From Candidatus Omnitrophota bacterium (lineage in GTDB: Bacteria > Omnitrophota > Gorgyraeia > Zapsychrales > JBDRMG01), in contig JBDRMG010000021.1 of NCBI GenBank assembly GCA_043812495.1, positions 1 to 58,945 on the forward strand: a stretch of DNA of 58,945 bases. Direction: 5' to 3'. Numbering within the stretch: position 1 is the stretch's first letter; every line of letters starts with the position of its first letter. The notes under the pieces are model-generated. The model had not been told where the DNA came from. It did not search any database and worked only from the letters and a program-made list of their open reading frames with translations. Of the stretch, positions 1-10,020 are shown in pieces. Both the position numbers and the translations under genes were made by a program.

Positions 1-598
1 AATCCAAATCGGCCACTGGGATATAAGTACCTTGAATCAATGAAACTAAACGATTGCATTTTAACGCGCCAATCCACTGCCAGCCTTTGCGTGCGATGGC
101 CTTGAGATTATCAACGCAGGTGTACCAGGCATCCATCAGCACATACAACGGTTTAAAGCCTCGTTTCTCGGCGGTATGAATCATCTCGCGCGCGTGATCA
201 TTCTTTGTTTTGCCATCACAATCGGGATCATAAACTCGAAAGTCAACGGGAACATATTTTTCTCCATCGCTCCAAACATGATTAACGATATCGATCCCTT
301 GAACGACTTTGTGATGTTTTCCTGAATATTGTTTCTTGGTTAACGCCATGTTATGAGCGTATTGTTTATCCAAAACGGTATCGTCAATGATCAGATATCC
401 TTTTGTTGGTTCAACCAGTGGTTCGCTGTATTCCCATAATGTCTTGGGTGTTAATTTTTCTGTGCTTAACCAACGGCTGACCGCATCATGCGCCATTGGC
501 CTTGGTGATACACGGCTGAGTTCAACACCTGAATACTGTTTTTGACTGGCTATGAGAAAGTCAACGTATAAGTTGACTGAACATTTTTGTTTTTGCAT
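1..598 (-). CDS. IS701-family DDE transposase (3' part outside window; absent from ORF track)
   Basis: Hand translation MQKQKCSVNLYVDFLIASQ...HDAVSRWL...GYLIIDDTVLDK...YSGKHHKVVQGI...PVDFRVYD...GKTKNDH...VLMDAWY...LKCNRLV; AAGGAG RBS upstream. Confidence 0.9.
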   Translation of the reverse strand, partial: MQKQKCSVNLYVDFLIASQKQYSGVELSRVSPRPMAHDAVSRWLSTEKLTPKTLWEYSEPLVEPTKGYLIIDDTVLDKQYAHNMALTKKQYSGKHHKVVQGIDIVNHVWSDGEKYVPVDFRVYDPDCDGKTKNDHAREMIHTAEKRGFKPLYVLMDAWYTCVDNLKAIARKGWQWIGALKCNRLVSLIQGTYIPVADLD

Positions 599-706
599 GG
601 CTGACTCCTTGAGTTCATCGGTTTAGCTTTATTGCTACCCATTATCTCATGGCTCATTCCATGCTTAAATCTTAAATATGACTTTTTTTGCTCAAACGCG
701 AAAGTC
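1..706 (-). mobile_element. IS701-family insertion sequence, left part (cut by window edge)
   Basis: Contains a transposase ORF. On the minus strand the end reads CTAG|GACTTTCGCGTTT, resembling IS701-type termini next to a CTAG target (707-710). Confidence 0.8.
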
Positions 707-736
707 CTAGAGATATTATAATTGTATTTGCTTGGT

Positions 737-804
737 CCCCCGCCGCATTCTTGCAGAATGCAAGAGGCGGGGTTAATTCGCCCGCCACTGATTCATTGGC
801 GGGC
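737..804. repeat. REP-like double palindromic element
   Basis: CCCCGCC...CAAGAGGCGGGG hairpin followed by GCCCGCCACTGATTCATTGGCGGGC; a related copy lies at 48350-48460. Confidence 0.75.
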
Positions 805-828
805 TCATTAAAGCGAAAGGATTAAATC

Positions 829-2034
829 ATGAAAAAGATTGGTGTCATTACAAGCGGTGGGGATTGCGGGGGTTTGAATGCCGTTGTTAAAGGTGTAGCG
901 CAAATGGCGCACAAAAGCGGTATCTCCTGTTATATTATTCCTAACGGATACGCGGGACTTTACAACTTAATTGAATTCGACCAATTGGTCGAATTAACGC
1001 CGCAGCGCGTGGATTCCGTGGATTCGAATGCGGCCGGGTCTGAGGCAGGCCATTCTCGCGTGAAGATCAAAAAGATTGAGGATGAAAAAAAATATGACCA
1101 TATTAAGGAAGGTTTGAAGAAGTTCGGGATTGATGGTCTTGTGATTAGCGGTGGCGATGACACGGGAAGCGTGATGGTGGACTTATCCGGTCAAGGGATC
1201 GCTTGCGTGCACGCGCCCAAGACCATGGATTTGGATTTGCAGACCTATTCGGTCGGCGGTGATTCGACGGTCAGCCGCATTGCGACCTATGCCGAAGAAA
1301 TCAAGACTACAGGACGCACGCATAACCGCATCATTGTGATGGAGGTATTCGGCCGCTATGCGGGTCATACGGCCTTTCGCGGCGGGATCGCGGCCGATAC
1401 CGATGCGATCTTGATTCCGGAAATTCCGGTTGATTTTGATATTATTTATGCGCATATGAAAAAGCGTTATATGCGCCGCATTGAGCAAAGCGATGTCAAG
1501 GCCGGGACGTATTTGATTATTGTCGCCGAGGGATTGAAGAATGCGGACGGCGGAGAGCTTGTGGATGAGTCGGCTGGCATCGATGCCTTTGGTCATAAGA
1601 AGCTTGCCGGCGCTGCCAAATATGTTTGCCAGGAGCTGACCAAAAGACTCAAGAAAGATTCGGAGATCGAGGCATTCATGAAGAAAGAAAAAATGTTTGT
1701 CAAGGGCCTCTATGATATTCCGGAAGTGCGCTCTGTTACGCCGGGGCACTTGGTTCGATCGGGGCACTCTTCTGCTTTTGATGCGAATTTCGGAAAAGAA
1801 GCCGGGGCGTCAGCTGTGCTTTTGCTTAAGAAGGGAATCACGGGTGTCACCGTTGTAGGCGTCAGCGGTAAAACTGTCCGCTACATGAATACCAAAGAAG
1901 CTATTAAGCAGCGTTTTGTGGACTTGGATCTTGTGACCCTGCATGAGCAGATGGGTATTTGCTTCGGCCGTAAACCGGGCGTGCTTAATGTGGAATTTCA
2001 GAAAATGGAAGGATTTATCGAGAGGCATTTGTAA
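829..2034 (+). CDS. pfkA: 6-phosphofructokinase, probably PPi-dependent
   Basis: TSGGD..GLN, GGDDT, PKTMD, MEVFGRYAG and GHLVRSG motifs. Confidence 0.92.
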   Translation: MKKIGVITSGGDCGGLNAVVKGVAQMAHKSGISCYIIPNGYAGLYNLIEFDQLVELTPQRVDSVDSNAAGSEAGHSRVKIKKIEDEKKYDHIKEGLKKFGIDGLVISGGDDTGSVMVDLSGQGIACVHAPKTMDLDLQTYSVGGDSTVSRIATYAEEIKTTGRTHNRIIVMEVFGRYAGHTAFRGGIAADTDAILIPEIPVDFDIIYAHMKKRYMRRIEQSDVKAGTYLIIVAEGLKNADGGELVDESAGIDAFGHKKLAGAAKYVCQELTKRLKKDSEIEAFMKKEKMFVKGLYDIPEVRSVTPGHLVRSGHSSAFDANFGKEAGASAVLLLKKGITGVTVVGVSGKTVRYMNTKEAIKQRFVDLDLVTLHEQMGICFGRKPGVLNVEFQKMEGFIERHL

Positions 2035-2053
2035 ACAAGAAAAGAAATTGAAG

Positions 2054-2096
2054 ACGAGCCCCTTTCGCGTTTTCGCGCGAAAGGGGCTCGTTTTTT
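2054..2096 (+). terminator. Intrinsic terminator between convergent genes
   Basis: 16-bp stem ACGAGCCCCTTTCGCG/CGCGAAAGGGGCTCGT followed by a T6 run. Confidence 0.85.
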
Positions 2097-2117
2097 GCTA
2101 GTCCCTCAAAGCGTCGT

Positions 2118-3233
2118 TTATGAAATGATAGACGCCAAGAACGACTCCAATTTTTTGGTTTGTTCGTCCCAGGTTGATATGGGAAGGTCGAGGGGGGTCG
2201 GATTCTTAAGCTGACCAGATACTATTCTGACAAAACTGTCGATATCTTCTGGGTCAAACAAACATTCAGGATGTTCAGTCAACAACTTTTTCATAGAACC
2301 CACGGATGCAGCCACCAACGGTGTTCGACAAGCAAGTATTTCGTAAGCTTTCTGAGGAAAGCAGTATCGACCGAATGATGAATCTTTATTGCAAATAACA
2401 GCAACGTTTAGCGAATTAATCAGCAAAGGAATCCGGTTTAACGGCAGAACACCCAGGTAGTGGATCCTTGGATGATCAGGTATCGACGTATATTGATCCA
2501 GGGGGCCAGCTAGAGCTAAGTGAATATTGCTTTTTTGAGAAGAAAGTTTTTGAAATCCGTCAAAGATGGTGTCAATGCCCCTGCTATGAAATAAGGCCCC
2601 GGCCGTGCCAATAATTTGGGCATCTTGCGGGAGACCAAGCTGCTTTCGGCATTCACCTTGGTTTTGAGGATAAAAAAGTTTGGCGGAGATGCCGTTCACA
2701 AGCACTAGGGTCGGTTTCGTCCGCTTATAATCTACCTTTATTTTTTCAGCCAATGGCTCACTAACAACCGTAAGACCATCCGTATTACGAATGGTCCGAC
2801 GAAACAAAAATAGCATTCCGGGAATTCTTGCCGAACCAAACGATTCAAAATTATCATATAAATCAATGACGCACAAAGAGCCAATCTTTCGGGATAACCA
2901 CAAACCTAAGATTGAATAGATAGTGTCCGAACAGGCATACACAATATCTGGTTTAAATTCACGTGCTAACTGCAGTGATTTCTTTGCATAGGCAAGAAAA
3001 CCGTACGGTTTAAAAGGTCCTGCGTTGAAACTATGCCAGATGACTTGCTTTTCCATTTTCTGGTCATCATCAGAAACGCAGCCCTCTTTCTTTTTGACGT
3101 AACTTAAACAGACGCCAAGGACATTATGCCCGCATTTGGCTAATCCTAAAGGGAGTTCTCTCAGGCGTCCAAATCGATCGTCAAGAATATCTTTTTGCGT
3201 GTACTGTCGTTTTGTTAAAACAAGAATTTTCAT
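2118..3233 (-). CDS. Glycosyltransferase family 4
   Basis: MKILVLT start overlaps the upstream stop (ATGA); GT-B features including FPQKAYE..AC..P.VA. Confidence 0.85.
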   Translation of the reverse strand: MKILVLTKRQYTQKDILDDRFGRLRELPLGLAKCGHNVLGVCLSYVKKKEGCVSDDDQKMEKQVIWHSFNAGPFKPYGFLAYAKKSLQLAREFKPDIVYACSDTIYSILGLWLSRKIGSLCVIDLYDNFESFGSARIPGMLFLFRRTIRNTDGLTVVSEPLAEKIKVDYKRTKPTLVLVNGISAKLFYPQNQGECRKQLGLPQDAQIIGTAGALFHSRGIDTIFDGFQKLSSQKSNIHLALAGPLDQYTSIPDHPRIHYLGVLPLNRIPLLINSLNVAVICNKDSSFGRYCFPQKAYEILACRTPLVAASVGSMKKLLTEHPECLFDPEDIDSFVRIVSGQLKNPTPLDLPISTWDEQTKKLESFLASIIS

Positions 3234-4006
3234 AAGTGAAATATTCTTCTTAATTTGAGAACAAGGATAGTTTTGTAAGGGAAATATAGTATCTGATAAA
3301 CAAACTGGATGCATTTCCAGAAAGGATTTCTTTCATTAAGCCTTTGGACAAGAAATTCTTCCTTGATACGCTGGGTCCAATAGGCGCTATGACTACCAAT
3401 CCCTACTCCTCCCATGATGGCGATGGGTGTTTTGTATCTCTTGACTTTGACACGTGCTTGAATCGCGCGATAAAAAAAATCATAATCCATGGCGATGGAA
3501 AATTCTTTGCGGAAAAAACCAATCTTTTGATATACCCGTTGATGGACAAGACTGCCTTGATGGGGGAATGGTGTTTTAAAATGATGCCACCATCTCAAGG
3601 AGCTTGGCTCACGGAGAATTCTTTTATGACCAGAATATTCTACGAGGACAGGAAAAACGCACAGGTCAAATTGCTCATTTTCTATTTTTGAGTAAATTTC
3701 CTCTAATATATGATTGGAAATAAGATAGTCATCTGCATGAATGATGAGGATATAATGTCCTTGAGCTATTTTAAGGCCTTTATTCAGTGCATCGGCAATT
3801 CCTTCATCCGGCTCGGATTTCCATGTCAGTGGATAAGTAGACTCGTAATTCTTCAGAATATCCGTGGTCTTGTCAGTCGAATTTCCATCCACGACGATAT
3901 GTTCAAAACTCTGAAAACTCTGATTTTTAACGGATTCCATGGTTTGAGTAATGGTGTTTTCGTTATTAAATGAGGCCGTAAGAATTGTGAAGAAGGGATC
4001 TTTCAT
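3230..4006 (-). CDS. Glycosyltransferase family 2
   Basis: VVDGNSTD, SEPDEGIADALNKG, HADD and HQG motifs. Confidence 0.9.
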   Translation of the reverse strand: MKDPFFTILTASFNNENTITQTMESVKNQSFQSFEHIVVDGNSTDKTTDILKNYESTYPLTWKSEPDEGIADALNKGLKIAQGHYILIIHADDYLISNHILEEIYSKIENEQFDLCVFPVLVEYSGHKRILREPSSLRWWHHFKTPFPHQGSLVHQRVYQKIGFFRKEFSIAMDYDFFYRAIQARVKVKRYKTPIAIMGGVGIGSHSAYWTQRIKEEFLVQRLNERNPFWKCIQFVYQILYFPYKTILVLKLRRIFHL

Positions 4007-5244
4007 TGTAAAGTTTCTCGGTAAAGGTCGATATATTTTTTTGCGCTAAGTTCAATTGTGAATTCCGATTCTATTTTGTTGCGAGCATGGGTACGAAGTA
4101 ATTGATGACGTGGTTCATCTGCTAAGACCCAGCGTATTCCTTCGGCTAAGTCATGAACATCAAAAGGCTTTGCCAGATAGCCGTTTTCCTTATGGTCGAT
4201 CATATCGGGCATTCCGCCCACCTCAAAAGCAACGACAGGGGTCCCACAGGATAAAGATTCTAGCACGACATTAGAAAGATTTTCTTGAATCGAGGGCGCG
4301 ATGAGCACATCAGCAGATGAGTATAGCAAAGATAATCGAGCATCATCCTCGACGTGCCCAATGTGGATAGGATCAGAATTAGGGTTCGAAAATTTGCCAT
4401 TCTTTGATCCGCCAAAAACAACGGACTTCATATTCAGTTTTCTTTCTTCCTTTAATAAATTTAAAGTCTCTGCTAATTTTTTATATCCTTTTCTTTGATC
4501 GGACGTGGCTTTAAAGGCTCCGAAAAGAATTAACTTCTTATCGTGAGGTAATCCAAGGTGTTTCCTTGCGGCTTTTTTATCCACAGGTCTAAATTTCTCA
4601 GTGTCGATCCCGTTTGGGATCACAAGGATTCGCTTGTCTTTCAATATGGAGCTTTTTCTTGCGCATTCAGCCAGCCACTTACTGGGTGTAACAATGATTA
4701 AGTTTAAATCTTTAAATGCATTTGATTTTCTTGAAAAATTTAAACGAGATAAATCGTCTCTTTTTTCTGATCTCAAAATAGGGCATTGACCGCAGGAATT
4801 CATATATTTACCACAGTCTTGGTCATAGTGGCAGCCTCCAGTAAACGCCCACATATCATGAAGGGTCCAAACAATGGGTTTGGTGATTTTAGCGATCTGT
4901 TCGATCCGTATGAATCCTCCGGCTATCCAATGGAGGTGAACTATGTCGGGATTCATGTGATGTAAAATCTTACTTATCCTTGAAGGAACGATGGCGGGAG
5001 AGAAAATAACCTTTTCTCTTTGTGGATACAGACAAAGAGGCAATTTATCTAATTTCGAACGAATTTTAAAAAACCATCGATCAAAAAAATTATAGCAGGT
5101 GATAATATCCGTGTTGTCGGACCTTTTACTTGCGACAAGATATTTGGAATTAAGCCCGGCTCGTGATAATCCCTTATGAAGTCTATAGGCTGCTTTGGCC
5201 GCACCGCCAACAACATCGAATGTATTCAGTATAATAACTTTCAT
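4003..5244 (-). CDS. Glycosyltransferase family 4 (WcaC-like)
   Basis: GGAAKAAYRLH, WTLHDMWAFTGGCHY and ENLSNVVLESLSCGTPVV motifs. Confidence 0.9.
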   Translation of the reverse strand: MKVIILNTFDVVGGAAKAAYRLHKGLSRAGLNSKYLVASKRSDNTDIITCYNFFDRWFFKIRSKLDKLPLCLYPQREKVIFSPAIVPSRISKILHHMNPDIVHLHWIAGGFIRIEQIAKITKPIVWTLHDMWAFTGGCHYDQDCGKYMNSCGQCPILRSEKRDDLSRLNFSRKSNAFKDLNLIIVTPSKWLAECARKSSILKDKRILVIPNGIDTEKFRPVDKKAARKHLGLPHDKKLILFGAFKATSDQRKGYKKLAETLNLLKEERKLNMKSVVFGGSKNGKFSNPNSDPIHIGHVEDDARLSLLYSSADVLIAPSIQENLSNVVLESLSCGTPVVAFEVGGMPDMIDHKENGYLAKPFDVHDLAEGIRWVLADEPRHQLLRTHARNKIESEFTIELSAKKYIDLYRETLQ

Positions 5245-6392
5245 ATTATTTTTCTTAGATGATCAGAATAAATCCTTAATTGGTCTTCAAGAACTTCTTT
5301 GCGATATGAAAATTTATCGTGAATATTCACATTCTTCCAAAAGTTATCTTTTGGTGCATCTTTTTGTAAGCTCACATAACGACTCGCATAAAAGCTTTCC
5401 GGATCGATATCTTTCAAGAAACCTGAGATTTTTCCTTTGTGAGGTTCAGTATAATCCAAAATACAATTCTTTCCGTTGGATAGAGTCTGGAAAATGATCG
5501 AATGAAAGCGCATCCCGACATTAAAAAATGCGTTTTGAAATATTTCTAAAGTTTCCGCTAAGGCCAAAGGTTTATTTTGCACCACAAGATTTTCTTTTCG
5601 AAGTCTTAAGCTGATACGGTTAAGAATCTCGCGATCATCACCTCCGATGCAGAAATAACTCAAGGGGACAAGGATTAGCTTCTTGCCATAGAAAAGGTCA
5701 AATAAATTATCCACTATAGAATAAAGCGAGCTCTCTATTCTCTCTTTGATGTTTTCCGTCGCATATTCTTTAGGGAAAGAACGCAAGTTAATGGCCACAT
5801 AGTCGCCTTCATGGGGTTGATGAAGGGCATTGAAGTCCAAGACACAACGCATAGAGGGATCTAGACTAACGAATATCCTTCGATCTTTCTCGTTACCGTA
5901 TTGTCTGAGTATTTCATTGAGATTACTCTGCGATAGTGAATCGCGCAATATCGTCAGATCAGAGTTGCGGAGGATGCTGACGAGCGCTTTTTTATGCTTG
6001 CTTGAAAAGAATGGCCCAATACCACAACCTAAAAGGGCTGTTTTTTTCTTGAGATGTTGAGCTTTTTTGAATGCATATTCGATCATAAATATCGGATCAA
6101 TATGCATAAGAGGCCCTCCGCCCATCACGATCAAGTCCGATGCCTGGATGGCGGAATCCAATTCTCGAGTCATCTTCGAATCAAAAAGATGGATAGCGGG
6201 ATTAATGTCGGTACTTTTCCGATAAAATTCAAAATCTTCATTGATTGTGCGTTCTGTAAAAAAAGGATACAGGCTACCGAGCTTACAATCAAATGAACCA
6301 AAAGAATCCTTGAAAAAGTGAAGTAGCCCGGCCAGAATGGCGCGATCTCCTATAGTTTCCGTGCCATACCATCCCAATATCAGAATTTTCAT
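5241..6392 (-). CDS. Polysaccharide pyruvyl transferase family protein
   Basis: GWYG...GD.AI, GGG, G.GIGP, LRD..S, DP and GMRFHS motifs. Confidence 0.85.
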   Translation of the reverse strand: MKILILGWYGTETIGDRAILAGLLHFFKDSFGSFDCKLGSLYPFFTERTINEDFEFYRKSTDINPAIHLFDSKMTRELDSAIQASDLIVMGGGPLMHIDPIFMIEYAFKKAQHLKKKTALLGCGIGPFFSSKHKKALVSILRNSDLTILRDSLSQSNLNEILRQYGNEKDRRIFVSLDPSMRCVLDFNALHQPHEGDYVAINLRSFPKEYATENIKERIESSLYSIVDNLFDLFYGKKLILVPLSYFCIGGDDREILNRISLRLRKENLVVQNKPLALAETLEIFQNAFFNVGMRFHSIIFQTLSNGKNCILDYTEPHKGKISGFLKDIDPESFYASRYVSLQKDAPKDNFWKNVNIHDKFSYRKEVLEDQLRIYSDHLRKII

Positions 6393-6422
6393 CGAGACAT
6401 CACTCCGCGAAGATAATGGTTT

Positions 6423-7580
6423 TCATGAAAATAATTCCTTGATGCGATAAAAAGAACAGTAGAATTTATCAAATAGCACAAATTTTAAAAATATCAAAAC
6501 ATCTTTTAACTGCGGTCCTCCACAGTAATCATGTATGCATTGATCGCAATTTTGAATGATTAAATTCTTTCTATAGGAAATGTGATCGTTTGATAAGAAA
6601 ATTTCTTTGCCGTCTTTTTCTCGCAGAGAACCGAGGCTTTTGCTGGCGACAGCACAGTAATACAGGTTGCCCTTCGCGTCCAATGTGATCCCTTCTTCTT
6701 TCCAGTCGCAACCCAATAGTCGAGTGGTTGGCGTATTGTTAAGGAAATAAAATATAGAAAAATACTTAAATTTGTCAGACAATTTTCTTGAAGTTTTGAA
6801 TAGCCTAAAAAAGAATTCCTTTGCGGATTGTTTTTCTTGGCCGCTTAAAACACTAAAGCGATCCACGATAAGGTCACTTTGTATCCTTTTATTTTTTATC
6901 CCCAATCTGTATTTTATATCGATATGATTCTCTTTGGCAAACTCATCTAAGGCGATCAGGTGGTCAACGTTTTGTTTAATAACTGTACAGGCAACATCAA
7001 AGGAATGACAATACAAATGTCTATTATTCTGAATTTCTTTGATAGAGAAAAATGTTCTGGCAAAGACTCCTTTGAGACCACGTATTTCGTCATGCTTTTC
7101 TCCGACGCCGTCCAGAGAAATAGAAAGATGAAAGCGAACGCCTTTTTTCTTGCATTGCGCAAAAATTTTACGCAAAGCAAGACAGAGGAGATCTGGGTTG
7201 AATCCATGCGAGATGATGTTCAGAGAATTTATTTTAGGCAATTGCAATATGGATTGGGTGTATTCCGGGAGATTCTTCAAAAGGGAAGGTTCTCCTCCGT
7301 TGATCCCAACAGCCCGGATATCTTTAAAAATCGGATCCTTGAGAAAGCGCGAGAGTTCGTCCGATGACATTTCCTGGGAATGGTCCATGGTCCAGATGTT
7401 GCACATAACGCAGCGAGAGTTGCATCTATTTGTTATGGGCAATTGAAGAACTTTTGGATATGCTTTCCTGTTTCCCCTGATAGCAAGCACATCCGACGAA
7501 AGCAAAAGATGCAACATTTGGATCGGGAGAGAAGGTCTAAACAACTTTTCTAGCGTCTGCTTGAATTGTTTACTTAACAT
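6423..7580 (-). CDS. Radical SAM protein with C-terminal SPASM/twitch-like cysteines
   Basis: CNSRCVMC, GGEP, SLDG..HD.IRG, and C-terminal C...YYC...CDQCIHDY. Confidence 0.88.
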   Translation of the reverse strand: MLSKQFKQTLEKLFRPSLPIQMLHLLLSSDVLAIRGNRKAYPKVLQLPITNRCNSRCVMCNIWTMDHSQEMSSDELSRFLKDPIFKDIRAVGINGGEPSLLKNLPEYTQSILQLPKINSLNIISHGFNPDLLCLALRKIFAQCKKKGVRFHLSISLDGVGEKHDEIRGLKGVFARTFFSIKEIQNNRHLYCHSFDVACTVIKQNVDHLIALDEFAKENHIDIKYRLGIKNKRIQSDLIVDRFSVLSGQEKQSAKEFFFRLFKTSRKLSDKFKYFSIFYFLNNTPTTRLLGCDWKEEGITLDAKGNLYYCAVASKSLGSLREKDGKEIFLSNDHISYRKNLIIQNCDQCIHDYCGGPQLKDVLIFLKFVLFDKFYCSFYRIKELFS

Positions 7581-8509
7581 TTAGAAAATGGTATCCAATG
7601 CATGATTCTCTGAATAATGCATTGCCACTTACTTGCGCGTCTTTGTCTCGAGACCAGATGATCGAAATGAGAATTCTTAACACAATATGAGGGATGATTC
7701 AGCGGCCAACTACTAAAATCCGAAAGAATAGATTTGATTCGCGGATCACGGATGTTGCCCGTATGGGTAGAATCTCCATCAAATCCGATGTTTGTTATAA
7801 GGTTGAGGCGAGGTACGACCGCTAATCCGTTGTGAGTGATCATTGAGAAATTCCATGGATAATCCCACGTGTCAATGCGGCCTTTCTTATATTTCTTAAA
7901 ATCGTTTATACTTTTGAGGATTTCTCCTTTTGAAAAATAAACCGTATCTAAGAAACTTAAGGTGATGCATTCTTCTAGGTAGGGTAAATCAAGATCCATT
8001 TTGGACCAAGCGGATTTCCAGGTCGCCCACCCCCAGATGACTGCATATTTTGTGAAAAAATAGTCATAGGGAAACGCGGGATCAACGTATCCGTAGTTAC
8101 TGCCTGTTATTTGCATGATACGTTCATCTTTCCTGTACCGCTCTAACAATTCTTGGCAGAAGAAGAAAAAACTGTTGCTAGGAAGACAATCGTCTTCGAG
8201 TATGATCCCCTCCTCAACTTGTTCGAAAAACCAATTAATAGCGCTGCTAACAGCGATCTTGCACCCCGCATTCTTTTCTCTAAACAAAGTTTTCACTTCG
8301 CAGGCCCAATCGACATGAGAAACGATTTCCTTGACTCTGTCGATTTTTTCTTTTTCTCCTTTCACGCCTGGCCGCGAACCATCGGCCGCGATAAATAATC
8401 GCTTTGGTTTGGCCTTCTTAATTTCATTGAATACCTTTGCGGTTAGCTCGGGCCTGTTGAAAACGAGGAACAAAACGGGTGTTGTTAATTCTGGATTTAT
8501 ATTTGCCAT
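7574..8509 (-). CDS. Nucleotide-diphospho-sugar transferase (GT2-like)
   Basis: LVFNRP, IILEDDC, IWGWATW and DTWDY.W motifs. Confidence 0.85.
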   Translation of the reverse strand: MANINPELTTPVLFLVFNRPELTAKVFNEIKKAKPKRLFIAADGSRPGVKGEKEKIDRVKEIVSHVDWACEVKTLFREKNAGCKIAVSSAINWFFEQVEEGIILEDDCLPSNSFFFFCQELLERYRKDERIMQITGSNYGYVDPAFPYDYFFTKYAVIWGWATWKSAWSKMDLDLPYLEECITLSFLDTVYFSKGEILKSINDFKKYKKGRIDTWDYPWNFSMITHNGLAVVPRLNLITNIGFDGDSTHTGNIRDPRIKSILSDFSSWPLNHPSYCVKNSHFDHLVSRQRRASKWQCIIQRIMHWIPFSKC

Positions 8510-8537
8510 AGTGAAGACCCTGGATATCAGTTATACG

Positions 8538-9215
8538 CTATATTTTCTTCTGAGCTTCCATGTACAAAGATTCCCATCTTCTCTCCTCGGAATCTCTCAG
8601 CAAGTGCGCATCGCTGCCTTCCATGAAGCCGACTTTCCTTATTTGCGAGAAACCAGCTTCCCGCAGAAAACGCTCAAGCAAGGTATAATCCCAAACGGAA
8701 TAATGAAGCCAGTTTTGAGTTAACGAACGTATGGCCTCGCAACCCGTCGCCCATCGGGAAGTAAAATTTTCGAGAGTTCCCTCTCCGGCGTAAAAATTGA
8801 CATATTTTTCTAAGTCTGGAACGCTAATCCGGAGCCATGCCCCCGGTTTCATGACCCGAAGAGTTTCTCTTAATAACTGTGAAACCTCTTGAGGATATAA
8901 ATGCTCAATCGTATGTTCGCAAAATACGCCGTCAAAAAGATTATCGTCGCAACGCAACGGATATCTTAAATCAAGCATCCAATCAGGTTTCCATGTGTAC
9001 TTTCTCCAAGGAATAAAACCTTTAAAAAAGTCAGCATTAACCCATCCCTCGAATATCTCCTGCCCGCATCCCAAGTTCAGAAGATTTATTCCGTTGAGCA
9101 AAGTGGGTTTCCTGTTGATGAATGTCCTGCCAAGGAAACTTCTCAATTCGAAATTGAACCGTTGCCCGAGTGTCATCCGAAGATTAGAATTTAATATGGC
9201 ATCGTCTGAATACAT
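8538..9215 (-). CDS. Class I SAM-dependent methyltransferase
   Basis: LNLGCG, GWVNAD, EHTIEHL and RVMKPG..LRISVPD motifs. Confidence 0.85.
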   Translation of the reverse strand: MYSDDAILNSNLRMTLGQRFNFELRSFLGRTFINRKPTLLNGINLLNLGCGQEIFEGWVNADFFKGFIPWRKYTWKPDWMLDLRYPLRCDDNLFDGVFCEHTIEHLYPQEVSQLLRETLRVMKPGAWLRISVPDLEKYVNFYAGEGTLENFTSRWATGCEAIRSLTQNWLHYSVWDYTLLERFLREAGFSQIRKVGFMEGSDAHLLRDSEERRWESLYMEAQKKI

Positions 9216-10020
9216 CAAATTCCCTTCTTACGGCAATAATATTTTGATATCCAAAAATTTCATGTTTCGTTGGGCTATATGTGCCCAGAGGCAAGAAGCC
9301 GTTGGGTAGTAACCTAAAAAAAGAATATTTTGGAGACAAAAGATCGTAGAAATCTTTCATATAGATTCTTGATGTCGAATTGATTTGTGTAAACTCAAAT
9401 TGAATCACGTCTACCATATTGGCGTCAATTGATTTCATTCCTCCGCGTAAAACTTTTAGCTCATGGCCTTCCGTATCGATTTTTAACAAATTGATTTTAT
9501 GTATTTGATTTTCATGAATAAAGTCATCTAAAATGATGGCCCCCACTTCATAGGACGTGCTCGGAGACTTATGAACATCTTCTATGACATGAGCGCAAAG
9601 TGTGGCATGGGAAGAAGAATGGGCGCTGTCGAAATAGTCGTACAAAAGAACGTTGCCTTGCACATCAGAAACCGCTTTATTCTTAACCGAAATACTTGTT
9701 GCGGAAACATTCTTTCTTAATTCGTTAAATATTTTAGGGTGAGGTTCAAAAGCATATATTTTTGTTGTATTATTTATTTTGAGAGCCTCCAGAGCATAAT
9801 GACCTTTGTTTGCGCCAATGTCGAACAAAATTGGTTCTTGTAAATCTTTTATGTATTTCTTGAGAAACTTATTTTCTCCGCTAATTGTTCTATTCTGATA
9901 GTTGTAAATTCCAAGTCCTCGAAGGGATAAATGAAAGATGAAGCCATGTATTTTTGAGAAAATATTTCGTGAAAATAATTTTGCGTAAAAATAATATAAT
10001 TTTTTTGAGAAATTAATCAT
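9184..10020 (-). CDS. FkbM family methyltransferase
   Basis: DIGANKG, AFEP and LLKIDTEGHE..VL.G motifs. Confidence 0.9.
   Translation of the reverse strand: MINFSKKLYYFYAKLFSRNIFSKIHGFIFHLSLRGLGIYNYQNRTISGENKFLKKYIKDLQEPILFDIGANKGHYALEALKINNTTKIYAFEPHPKIFNELRKNVSATSISVKNKAVSDVQGNVLLYDYFDSAHSSSHATLCAHVIEDVHKSPSTSYEVGAIILDDFIHENQIHKINLLKIDTEGHELKVLRGGMKSIDANMVDVIQFEFTQINSTSRIYMKDFYDLLSPKYSFFRLLPNGFLPLGTYSPTKHEIFGYQNIIAVRREFDVFRRCHIKF

Noticed and set aside
688-719. Hybrid IS-derived promoter for pfk
   Set aside because: TTGCTC to TATTAT spacing is 20 nt, which is too long.
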